A stretch of 50,015 nt of DNA, filler included, from Catajapyx aquilonaris (taxonomy: Eukaryota), in assembly GCA_000934665.2 (NCBI GenBank). It is 3 parts of 3 records of this genome, joined end to end, with 100 filler letters (N's around TTAATTAATTAA, not from the genome) between each part and the next. Parts side by side here need not be neighbours in the genome. Positions count along the whole stretch, not along the records: positions 16,709 to 33,313 come from JYFJ02007149.1; positions 33,414 to 50,015 come from JYFJ02007150.1; 1 more part is not named here. One strand, 5' to 3'. A program made the translations under genes and the position numbers. How positions within the stretch are numbered: position 1 is the first letter of the stretch; the number at the start of each line of letters is the position of its first letter. This document shows positions 25,732 to 37,000 of this stretch, one piece after another. The notes beneath the pieces were generated by a model. It saw only the letters and a list, made by a program, of their open reading frames with translations. It had not been told where the DNA came from and searched no databases.

Positions 25732-26050
25732 CAGGTAGTCCCCGGTTTACAAACGACCCGATTTCGGTGATCTGTACTTACTTCATAATTATCCCTCCAC
25801 TTTCAGTCACTTCTGCGTACGGTACGTTCATCGATCCAAAGTTCTACATTAATACTGCATAATTAATAAACAGTTGGGAAACTACATTATTCCCTACATG
25901 TAAACAAACACACATGACATAAGTGGTTTGTTGGAGCAGCATCTTTACACTGTGCATATGCACTGTTCCTCAGGGACACTAGTAATGAACAAATCTGACT
26001 TATGGACATTTTCAGGAACGTAACCCAGATGGTAGACCGGGGACTACCTG
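25732..26050. mobile_element. Tigger/pogo-like MITE, family 2
   Basis: TA|CAGGTAGTCCCCGGTTTAC ... GTAGACCGGGGACTACCTG|TA. Homologous to 29738-30111. Confidence 0.85.
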
Positions 26051-26343
26051 TATAATATAACAGACTTTGATATACAAGTGTTTATTTCTAGTAAGTCAAT
26101 GGCCACCAATGCAAGGCTTCCTTGCCTAATACAAAGCATGGACAGCCACGATAGTCATGGCTCTTTTGTCCTATTGGCTCGTCATGGTGCGTTCACAATG
26201 TTGACCATGGCAGTTTTGTAAACCCAAGAGATAGAGCTTGTTGCTATACCAATTACAGTAATCTACATATTGTTGTCTTCGTACTGTTAGACTGACTAAT
26301 GGGGCCTAATTTACTGGCGCCACCCTGTATATCCTGCTCAGTA

Positions 26344-27010
26344 CAATGGTGCCTCGTACGTCGAACTTAATTCGTTCCAGATCATTCGAACTCCGAATTG
26401 TTCAAAGTCCGAATCAGTTTTTCCCATAAGAAATAATGGAAAATGCATTAATCCATTCCCAGACCCTAAACAATAGGTACACATTTTGATGAACTTAAAC
26501 AGCAAACACACACAAGTTAATTAAGGTAACATTATGCATTTTAATGCCCTAAATAATAAATTAAAACATGAATACAACCTTCATACAACAAATAAAATGC
26601 ATAAGTAGGCTACTGTATAGTAAAATGAAAATGGCAAATACTGCACAAGTGAGGTATGGTGATGTCCTATGTGGCTGGTGGAGAGGAAGGTGGAGAGTCA
26701 GAAGATAAAGATTCCTCTTTGGAAGGGGAAGAAGGGGGAGTCACCTTCTATTACAAGTAGCCTACACATAGCCAAACATATCAACAAATGAAGCTATGAA
26801 AACACTGAAAACACAAGAACTTAATGCAAGAGATGCTTTCACAGCGAGAGTGAAAGATGACTTGAATGCAAAACATGGCGCTTACGCAGCGAGACCATTT
26901 TTCCATTGAGCGAGCAGTTGGAACTTAGGAGAATTGTTTGAACTGTGGAATGAATTTCTCTCGAATTTAGCATTCGAACTCTAGAATGTTCGAAGTATGG
27001 GGTTCCACTC
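26344..27010. mobile_element. Tigger/pogo-like MITE, family 1 (uninterrupted copy)
   Basis: TA|CAATGGTGCCTCGTACGTCGAAC ... GTTCGAAGTATGGGGTTCCACTC|TA. Reverse-complement homolog of 17344-19669. Confidence 0.85.
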
Positions 27011-27366
27011 TAGTTCTTAACAGGCATGCAGGTTGCTAGTTCCACCTTGCACATGACTGGTATTGTCCTATTCCAATGCAGCCCTAGTTGATGCCTTGAA
27101 ATCTCTCATCTGTACGTTTTAGACATGTTTTAGGTGAAAAAATATTATACCTGCAGTTAACTGACATACTAGTAGGAAACCCCCTGCAATTGGTAATATT
27201 CTTGACAGACATAACTAGTTATAGGAAATGCCTCATATAAAAATGTAGCCCATGAGTCTCATATCCTACCCTGTTACAATGTGCAATGTACTGTATAGTC
27301 TATAGTTGTTAACCTTCAATATGGAATATTTATTTCCAAGTGTGTACCTCTTTAGACACTTATATA

Positions 27367-28516
27367 ACAAGAAAGTACTACCACACAGTGTCTCCCCCTC
27401 AGATTTGGCTGAAACTCGCTTGAGGAGTAAATCATGTGCCATAAACACAATGGTGAAAGTCCTCAATCCTGCTGTCGAGCCGTTCTCGAGATATGAGCAA
27501 CAGAAGCATCCGAATTCTCGTAGGGGTCGGGTGAGAAAGGAGGAAGTTCAAGGCAAAAGGTGGCAGTCTAGTGGTAATCTACAGTTTAGTAAAGGCTGAT
27601 TTCTTTCGGTTCTGTCATCTGCGAATCAAGGGCTTTTGTACCAAAAAATTGTGTAAAAAGAACCTCTTCAGCCTTATCCTTTCAATGTGTATACTATATT
27701 AATCTCTCCTGCCCAAACCGATGGTAATTAATATTCAGGTAAATGTCAAGCTACAAAAAACCTTCCTTACTTACTACCTATGGGTAATACATATTTTGCA
27801 TAATAAATACTGGAGAAGAGAAGCAATGGAAAACGAAATGGGTGGTGGCAGGTGGTGGGGAATGGTGTAGGGCATGTGCAGGGGCATGGTCTTATCCATA
27901 TGGATTGAACAAAAAAAAGGGGGGGGGGGGAGGAGGAAGGAAAAGAAAAGGCATCTTAGGACAGATTTGAACCTGGTAGCATGGTTCCTGGTGACATCAC
28001 GAGTCCAACGCACTATCACTAGACTACTGCCTTTTGCCTTGTACATGTTCATTTCTCGCACGACCCCATATGTGGGGCCAAAATTCCGGTGCTTCTGTCG
28101 CTCATATCTCGAAAAGACGAAAACGGCTGGACAGCTGGATTTAACCCTGGAACCGTGAAAGTTACGGCAACCGTGCCGTTGGGTTTTTTCGGTCCCCATC
28201 CATATTTTAATTTTTTAACATTTTTATATAATACTTTTCAATGTATTGACTATATGCAATCATTCTTTGAACAATGCCTAAAATGATCGCTAATTCAAAA
28301 TAAACATGCACTTCCTGTTATATACTGTAAAAAAATTGGCAAAAGTCCATTGTAATCATCATTTTAATCCATTTTAATTCCTTGGGGTCCCAAAAGACCC
28401 ATGGCACGGTTCCAGGGTTAATAGGCTACTCTCACAACTGTGTTTATAGCACATGATTTACCCCTCAAACGAGTTTCAGCCAAATCGCAGGGGGAGACCT
28501 TGTGTGATTCCCTTGT
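27367..28516. mobile_element. Unclassified long-TIR DNA element (about 200-bp diverged inverted arms)
   Basis: GTCTCCCCCTCAGATTTGGCTGAAACTCGCTTGAGGAGTAAATCATGTGCCATAAACACA (about 27390-27450) is inverted at about 28440-28500. CGAGATATGAGCAACAGAAGCA and AGGCAAAAGG are also mirrored at about 28030-28112. Confidence 0.7.
28145..28417. mobile_element. piggyBac-type MITE inserted in the right arm of the long-TIR element
   Basis: TTAA|CCCTGGAACCGTG ... CACGGTTCCAGGG|TTAA. A partial reverse copy lies at about 29618-29723. Confidence 0.88.
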
Positions 28517-29737
28517 AAGTTACTCTATCAGTCAAAAATGTTATGGCTAAACATATCCTGGCTTTATGCATCATCAGTAGTTCATCACTCTACTAATAAG
28601 TTGAAGTCTGCAGAGAGAGAGAGAAAAAAACAGCAGAGTGATGTAGGTTGTGTAGCAGCTGGATATATTTGGTTAAAACTTTTTAAACACAGATTATATA
28701 TATCTGGGTGACAGTGAAATCATTGGCCTAATCCAAGTTTTAAATGGAGGAGTGAGAAATGTTGAGCCACCAACTAGTAACATCATTGGTAGGAGACGTT
28801 GAACATTTGCTTACCCCTAGCCTCAAGCAGCTACCCTCAATGCAACTCTCAGCAGGCAAAATGACCAATGAACATACAGTTGCTGCGTAAGGAGCAGGAT
28901 ATGAGCATGATAAACTGATTGTTGTTCAGGAGGCAATAGTGAAAAATCATGACCTCTTAGGCAATAACCATGCTGAAGTTCATATCCTTTTTCCACGTTA
29001 GGCAACAATTTCATGTGCATGGGCAATATTTTTTGCCAACAACTGCATTGTGGGATTCAGCCTGTGTATAGGTCTAGGAGAATGCAAATGTTCATCATAA
29101 TTTCATTAGCATTTGGAGTTTTTACATCTCTCACCCATACATTTTAGACTTGTAATTGACAAAATATTGAGTAGGCTACAGTACACACCCGGCAGGATAT
29201 CCCACTACAGGGTGAATAAAAAATCCAAGTCAGTCTCCCACCATGTTACCAGTTAGCCCAATACAATCCTAAAATGGAGGGGTGATAAAAATGTCAAAAC
29301 CCAGTAGACTGTGCATATGTTATTCCAGGATACAGTGCAAGGCAAATGTCTGCATTTGTGTAAGGGGCAATCAAATGCACATCATCATCATCATCATCAT
29401 CTATGTCGTTAATACCTCCACTAGAACGGGATCTAGAATGATCTACAGTCTACACTGACCTACACTGATGTAGATCACATATAATTCAGACCAGCTTATG
29501 AGCACTGTCTCCACCACTGTGGTCTCCACTTTGATCCAGAAAAAGTTACCAGATGAATGGAAGGAAAACTATGTTTCTTTGACTTACATATTTATCTTGC
29601 ATTAATGAACACCGAATCCCTGGAACTGTGACGTGGGGTCTTTTAGGACTCCAAAGGAATTAAAATGCATTAAAATTAAAATGAACTGTTGCCATTAAAA
29701 AAAAAAAGAGTATATAACAGGAATGTAAAGTGATATA

Positions 29738-30111
29738 CAGGAAGTCCCAGGTTTACAAACTACCCAACTTCAATCCATACCGGTACTTATGAACAGGCTC
29801 CCAAGGCTCCCCCTTAAGGATTATTTATAATTTTACACCTCCACTCTCAATCACTTCTGCATAATTATGCTGACTGACACCAAGTTCAACATGAATACTG
29901 TATAATTAATAAATAATTCAGGAGCTACTTCTTCCGAGCATGTAAATAAACCCTCACGGCGTAAGCAGTTCTTTGGCGCAGCATATTACACGATAGCTGC
30001 AATTACTGTCATCATTATATGCGCTGATCATGAGGGATCTGAGTTACGTACACATCTGACTTACAGACATTGTCAGGAGCATAACCCCATTTGTAGACGA
30101 AGGACTTCCTG
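29738..30111. mobile_element. Tigger/pogo-like MITE, family 2 (second copy)
   Basis: TA|CAGGAAGTCCCAGGTTTACAAAC ... TTTGTAGACGAAGGACTTCCTG. Internal similarity to 25732-26050. Confidence 0.75.
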
Positions 30112-30487
30112 GATACTGTATATCATTCTAGAATGGTAGTCTGATGTGCTCCAAGGAGGTACTGGAAGAGATCTATAGGTGCTGAAGACATGTTCCATAG
30201 CCAGACATTTGATGCTGCAGTGTACACTGTAAAATGCATGACTACCATCTTGCAAAGATCTGTCTTTTCATCAGACTCATTTGATTACTTGCATGCAGTC
30301 TTATGCATTTTGGCATTCAAGCCATGCCACGGTTACATTAGGAGGCCATAAGAGCATCTTGGTGCTTTTTTAGGGTATTTTTGAAGCAAGAAAATGCAGA
30401 CCCTAGCATGGCACCTCCATAGACTGTAATTGTTTTAAAAAATGAAGGAGACTTAATTCTCATATGCTTGCTGAGCCCAGAGTATTA

Positions 30488-30540
30488 ATATTATGGCTAT
30501 ATACCATATTATGGCTATATACCATATTATGGCTATATAT
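30488..30540. repeat. 18-bp tandem repeat x3 in the E78 3'UTR
   Basis: ATATTATGGCTATATACC repeated about 3 times. Confidence 0.85.
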
Positions 30541-30591
30541 TATTATATTAATATGAACGTTTGGCTGGTATGGTACTCACCATGTGGATGG

Positions 30592-31027
30592 TCACTGGAG
30601 GTCCTCCTCGCACTTGGGAATGTCGAATATCTCCGCAAAGAGTGGTGGCAGGCGAAGCCTGTCCCATCTGAGGCGGAACCAGGAGAGATGGTCTGCATGC
30701 TTGGCTCCCATGCTCCTCAGCTCTGGTAGCTTCAAGAGGAGGCTTGAGAATAGCTGTGATTCACTCGCATGGTTCCTCGACACCTGCCATCAATAAGGAT
30801 AAAGGTGCTTAATATCTGGCCCTCCTAAGGTTCTAGCATTATCCCACCTGTAGTTTGAGGGCCTCTATGAGATGGTCCTGATGCCGCTCGATGGCCTTGG
30901 GATCGAGAAGAGCAGGCCGGTCAGCAGCAAAGAGGACCACGGCGGCTAGAAGACCCACTTCGGCATCGTTCAGGCTCAATTGAGACAGTGAAGATGCCAT
31001 TTCCAGAAGAGATGAAGCGAAGTCCGC
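30592..31027 (-). CDS. E78: Ecdysone-induced nuclear receptor E78 (NR1E1), last two coding exons (C-terminal ligand-binding domain); 5' part not in window
   Basis: Exon 31027-30848 reads ADFASSLLEMASSLSQLSLNDAEVGLLAAVVLFAADRPALLDPKAIERHQDHLIEALKLQ. After a 64-bp GT-AG intron, exon 30783-30592 reads VSRNHASESQLFSSLLLKLPELRSMGAKHADHLSWFRLRWDRLRLPPLFAEIFDIPKCEEDLQ*. The PELRS-GAKH...LRLPPLFAEIFDIPK terminus matches the E78 C-terminus as I recall it from Drosophila Eip78C. Confidence 0.9.
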
Positions 31028-31232
31028 CTGGAAGGTCCAATTGTTGCCATGTCATATATGAAATTAATATCATCTGTCATACATATTTTCTTACAGTACT
31101 GGTAAGTAGCCTACCTATTTAAATTTACGTTACTTACAATATCGGTATTTAGAATTGCAAATTAACAGTCTACAGGTATAGTTGCATTCATGTCATTTCT
31201 GTTGCAGTGCAATCAATATATTAAGGAACTGC

Positions 31233-31470
31233 GGGGAGGTGTGGTGGCCGAGATGGTAACGTCTCGGCTTGCTGAGTGAAAGGTCCTGCGTTTGATCCCC
31301 GCCCGGGAGCTCCCTTTCGCCTGCGTCAGGAGGGTCTCTGACCCACGCCTTGGAGGTGTCTGGCAACCTAGCCTCCAGGGAGACTGCACATAACCCAGTT
31401 TCAGACATTGCACTTGCACTCTTGTCTCCTCCCCAAAAATCCCCCATCCTAACCCCATGTCCTTTCTTCC
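31233..31470 (+). mobile_element. tRNA-derived SINE (older, truncated) in an E78 intron
   Basis: A box TGGCCGAGATGG and B-box-like GTTTGATCC. Shares the CAGA...TGCACTTGCAC core with the SINE at 32177. Confidence 0.65.
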
Positions 31471-31918
31471 TTGCACTGGAGTAGGGGAAAAAATATAAGA
31501 AAATTCAGGTAAATGCTGTTCGCCTTTTATTTAGTAATAGGCTATATTGGTAATATTGACCATCAACTTGTACTGTACACTAACTCGCCAGGTTCTTCCA
31601 AATCGCAGTAAATTTACTTATTATATTTTTCTGATATAATATTATAATGTTTGTTTTGTTGAGCTCACAAGAGAGCAACCAATAGTCATATTATAACAAA
31701 AAACACGCAACCAAAACTATTGACCTTTGGCATTGACGTCACAAACACACATGTTATTATGGTTACATGGTTGGGAATGGTTGGCAAGTTAGCCGTGTAA
31801 GGCAAATAATGAAGTAATAATATTATTGGAATTAATAAATTCTGCTTGAATTTTATAAAAACAAGCTTACAGACCAAATCTACCATACTTCATTTTAGCG
31901 ATGTTTCCAGTCTTGGTT

Positions 31919-31954
31919 AAAATAAATAAATAAATAGATAAATAAATAAATAAA
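31919..31954. repeat. (TAAA)n microsatellite
   Basis: Directly visible. Confidence 0.9.
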
Positions 31955-32176
31955 CAAGGAAGTAAAAAATCACGAGAAAAATGCATACCGGTATATGAAA
32001 TTCATTTTCTTCAAAAATGTTACCAGAAAAACGTGTGTGGCATTCTATTGGTCACATGCCCATTCCCATGTCAAAGTATTTGGACCCCAACAATTAGTGA
32101 TGTGTTTGAGTAACGTCAGTCATATTTGGTGACACGAGTTGTGACCCACGTAAGGTTTAATATTATGTTCAATTTG

Positions 32177-32521
32177 GGGAGACGGAGTGGCGCCGCGGTA
32201 ACGCGCGCGCCCACGGATGTTAAGGTCCCGGGTTCGATCCCAGCCCGGGGACACCCCCTTCATCTCGTGCAGAGGTCGGTCACCTCTGGCTTCGTCTCGG
32301 GTGGTATTTCCTACAGACTAAACCACCCGGGGGAGCTCACTAAAAATGGCCACACGTCAGATGCACTGCACTTGCACATCCCCTCCTGTCATCCTGCCCG
32401 TGGGCCCGGGCGATACGTATAAAGGCTCCAATGTATACAACAAATAAAGGTCCATGTGATAAACCCTGATAGGGTGAAAGCATTACCCAAACAATTATTA
32501 TTAATTATTATTATTATTATT
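32177..32521 (+). mobile_element. Full-length tRNA-derived SINE with (ATT)n tail and TSD
   Basis: A box TGGCGCCGCGG, B box GGTTCGATCCC, (ATT)n tail and about 17-bp TSD ATATTATGTTCAATTTG (32160-32176, 32522-32538). CpG-rich. Confidence 0.9.
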
Positions 32522-33218
32522 ATATTATGTTCAATTTGAAACCGGTATACGCGTATCCGTGCATGCTTGCGAGAAAATATGGGGGATGTTTTGCAGATTT
32601 ATCACTAAATTTGGGGGGCCCAAATTCTGAGACATGTGACTGATTGAATGTCACACATTTTACTGGTGACATATTCGAGGAAAACTAAATTTCCATAGTT
32701 GCATTATCCTCGTCTTTCGCCATCTTTTGATGTACCGTATAAATTATGTTCATGGGGTTTTGATCACTTCCACTAACTGAAGCTCATTTTCAGGCCTTTT
32801 CAAAATTTCTGCTAGGGGCCCCTTTATAAACCTCTGTACACTACCTTACGTAGGCAACTTCCGAACACCCCTGTTTGTACGCATTTTTAGCCCTTTTCCT
32901 TTTTCCCATCATGAGTGGTCGCATTTTCAGGGTGAGAGAATTAGTGTGTGTTTGGGCAAGTCTTATCGAAGCTTTGCAGTGTATACGAACAGGGGACAAG
33001 GCATCGGCCGTCGCGTCGGCTTTACGGTTGGGCCAACGGGAACGGGCACAGGCCCCCGACCCAAACAGGGGCCTCCAAATTGGCTAATTGCTATTGCAAA
33101 AATTTGGGAATTAAAAGTCAGTATTGAAAAGGGGCCTCCAGAAATGATTGGGCTCAGAGTCCCCGAACGTGTTAAGATGCCATTGGGATTGGGTGTTTAT
33201 CCCAGTAAGTCTCCGTCG

Positions 33219-33313
33219 CACAGTGGGCGCGGAGCCCAGTTTAGGACGACATAAATGAAAATGCTATCAAATCGGACACATTTTCCAATTTTGAGGATTG
33301 TAAAGGATAGGTT
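33219..33313 (+). mobile_element. Transib-like transposon end truncated by the contig edge
   Basis: Starts CACAGTGGG, preceded by CGTCG (Transib-type GC-rich 5-bp target site). The partner end is not visible. Confidence 0.55.
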
Positions 33314-33413
33314 NNNNNNNNNNNNNNNNNNNNNNNNNNNNNNNNNNNNNNNNNNNNTTAATTAATTAANNNNNNNNNNNNNNNNNNNNNNNNNNNNNNN
33401 NNNNNNNNNNNNN
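33314..33413. other. Artificial contig-joining spacer
   Basis: N44-TTAATTAATTAA-N44. Confidence 0.97.
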
Positions 33414-34070
33414 ACACATGTGCCTCAACTAACAAAAAGAGCTACACTTATTAAGTAGATGTCAACTATAATGAAGACGACAGCTTGAATCAGGACACAT
33501 GATTTATATCGATATGAATCTGTGCTCGCTCATGGGAATGTGGAAATATGCAAGTGGAAACATGTGTTTGTCAATAGAGCATTCAATGAATGTCACTGGT
33601 ATAAACTGGGTGGTGAAATGCGACGTCTGGGAATTTCAAGGTCCAGCAACAAACCGCAATATTTGACATTTACAGGTTCCAACATATTTTTCATGAAAAA
33701 GGCTAAGGGCCAATTGTATGAATGCAATCTCATCAGATTTTGCACAGATCATCAATGGCCCTACATAAACCGTCTATCCAGTAACATCTACTAAGAAATT
33801 ATCATACAAATTCTCACAAAAAGTCCATGCAGAATGCAGCGGAACTTTCCAAAGTTGAATTGCCAATATCCTGAACAGTTACAAAGGCACAGAACTTTGG
33901 TTCGTGACATTAAACTAAAGTCAGAATAATTGAATGTACTGTAACAAAATTTTCCCTTCAAATCATGGCGCTAACTTTGTACACCGGCAATCATCCCATT
34001 GGGTACTGTATTCACTATTCCATGGATAACAAATATTAACCTTAATTAGATCAAAGGGACTGCAACTAAC

Positions 34071-37000
34071 TTGGTTTTGAAGAAGAAGTAGTAGACAGAG
34101 TAGAGGTAGACATATCCTGCGGTGGACGCTGCAGCTAGGAATGAGGTCCACTGCCACCGATAATCCTCCGCATTGAGTAGGAAATAGGTGCACACGATGG
34201 TCACGCACACCGTAACCACCACCAGGATTATGAACACCAGCAACATGAAGCCGTACACATAGTAGATCTTGTACGCCCAGAATGACGTAAAAATGAAGTA
34301 CCTGCAAAGGACATAAAGTCAAATCAATAGACATTTGAGGACCTGCGATCTTCTGGAACTCACATTTCAATGAAGATGGATCCAAACGGCAGGATCCCTC
34401 CGAGCACAATGATAACAGCTGGCTCCATGAACCACTTCTTCTCAGGAATGGGTCTGGGCACAGCGTTGATTCTGCAAGGGTAATCTGCCTGACCTGCTAG
34501 GTTGCGACCTAGGACTGTGCCCACCAAGGTCAGTGGGAGGATCACAAACAGGCAGATGCAGGTCACAGCCACCTGAACAGAAAGAGACAACATGTTGTGA
34601 GGTTACAGCACATGTACGCAGGAGCCGAGATCGAGGGATTAGTCAAGAGATAGTACAGTGTATGATGGACTTCAGTTCGCTTCAGTCGTTCTTCATAAGT
34701 GACTAATCCCTTGGCAGCGAGTCTTTCATGACAAAACCTTGCACATTTCCCCCCCGAATAGGAATTCAGAATATGATACTAACCATAGATCCAAATGGGA
34801 TAGCCCTGGATGCGTGGTAGTAGATGGCAATGAAATTGATGAAGAAGGCAGTCCCGCAGACGAGGGCAGGCACCAAGGAAGCAGAGACCAGCATTTGCCT
34901 GATCCACAACTTTCCTCCCATGCAGGCATACAGGCTGCCACCAAAGTATCCGTTGACAGGTGAGGTAGCGGCATACACAAATATGGCTGTGCTGAGGAGG
35001 GAGCCTCTCTCTGTGTACAGCTCACCGAGGATGCTGAACACAATCACGCACAGAGTGACCACTGTGATCTGGCGGCCTGACCCAATCAATGAGGAGAACA
35101 GGACAGGGTGAGCAGCAGGACGGAACACATCCCCATGCACTTGTTTCCAGCCGTACTCGTCTCCAAGGTCTCGCTCCTAGTCAGGAAAGAAGTTCAACTG
35201 CATTAGACTATTCCAACCATTTAAAAAAAATTTGCACTTGAGTCAATGGAGTTTAATGCAGGAGCCACTAAAGTATTTCCAAATATGCTTGTGAATTAAG
35301 ATATTGTGTGGCATGTGACGAAAAATATTTCGTCCACTACACTGCATCAATCAAGTTCTACAAGTACAGTGGATTTTTCTGGTATTCAAAATGCACATCT
35401 AGGGGTCCCGCCTTGCATGTGTACATTACCATATCATCCATCTCCTCGTCCTTGCTGTAGCGTGCATAATCCTTCCTAAGTGTTCGCATTAGGATCATGC
35501 TCACTAGCCCGACTAGAAATATCACCATCATGAAGCTGTTGAAAATGCTGAACCAGTGTATCTGAAAAGTCGAAAGAAAAAATTTCAATGTTAATATTTA
35601 ATGCAATAAAGACTCATTAATTCTTTACTACTCAACCCTGCAGTGACATTACAAATAGCACCACAATTGACTACATGGCTAAATGGGCAAACTTTCTCCC
35701 TTTCAAACTCATCCCAAGCCACCTGAGATCATCGCATGCATAAATTACCCTGTGCTGGAAGAAGTTTGGGTCAAGATACTTGTCGAACCGGTCCTCAAAG
35801 AGCACAGGCGAGGGCTTCCAGTTGACCTCGTAGGTGAAGGGTATGTCTGCGTTAAGTTCAAGCTTGGCCTTGTTCTCAGACGTGAGGTTGACGTCCACAA
35901 TTCGGTTCCCATTGTAACCAATGTCCAGTTTCTTGTGGGTCCAGATATAATGTTCGCCTCCGCCTTCGTCAATCTCTCCAACTATACCCCAAATAGGCAA
36001 GTCATCTATGTACATCTGGTACCAGTAGTGATTCTTCACTGCGTACACCAGCGCTTTCAAACGCTCCTCTTCAAGCAAGCTGACGCGACAGTACTCACGC
36101 TTGTCCACATCGACTGCATAGTAGAAAATATATTATTACAGCGATGAAAAGGATGAGCCAAGTTCTGTATTCTTTAAAATTCAACTGAAAACTCTATTAT
36201 AGAACAGATGCAAAATGATAGTTAAATGATGCACTTTTCTCATGTAGATTAATCTCAGCTTCAATTGCAAAAAATTATCCAGCAAGTGTACAACATCAGA
36301 AAATCCTTACGTTACCCACTATCGACCCATACATTCAGAGTCGCGTCTCATGTTTACTTGTGGGAGACATTTTGCAAATAGTACATGAAATATTCAGCGC
36401 CTGCCCCCATACACAGGGTGGCTCCAAAGGTAGTCACTTCCGGTCAGATTAAGCTGATGGCACTCAACAAGTGACAAAGTGAGGCGGAAAGGAGCAGAAA
36501 GAGTGGAAGTGCAGCAGGAGCATGAGTTGCTCTTATATGCAAAACAGATGATTTGTTATGTCCTTAATTATATGATGAATGTGAAAAATTCTAATTGGCT
36601 TTTTCTGGCAGTAGCCAGACCAACCAGAGGCTGGAATTACTTTTAAAATTGATGTCGAGTCCGCTGAACTCTAGCTCGACTCCCTGCAGGGCCTCTCCCA
36701 GGGTTTCGTGGTAGTGGCTGATGGTCTCTTTGGGCCCCATGCACAGAGGCAGGGAGGAAAATGTGTACGTCTCCTGGCGGTTGTGGTAGGGGCCAACCGT
36801 GTTCATCCATAGCACCACTTCGTCATTTTCTTTGTACTAGAAAATCAGAAAAAAAGTGGAAGCAAAAATTAATTCGTGCATCGCTTTAAAAATGTATGTG
36901 TATTACACGTGCTGCAAATGTTGATACCGATAATAAATCAGTACTTTAATAAAATAATGACGGACAGCCTAACAACCTTTACAGTAACAACACTGTCAGC

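Noticed and set aside
31090..31107. 5-nt micro-exon (ttacag TACTG gtaagt)
   Set aside because: A quasi-palindromic chance match with no host gene on that strand.
32177..32250. tRNA gene
   Set aside because: It continues into a SINE body with tail and TSD; it is a tRNA-derived head only.
34739..36147. Plus-strand ORFs of 74-154 aa
   Set aside because: Antisense shadows of TM9SF3 exons.
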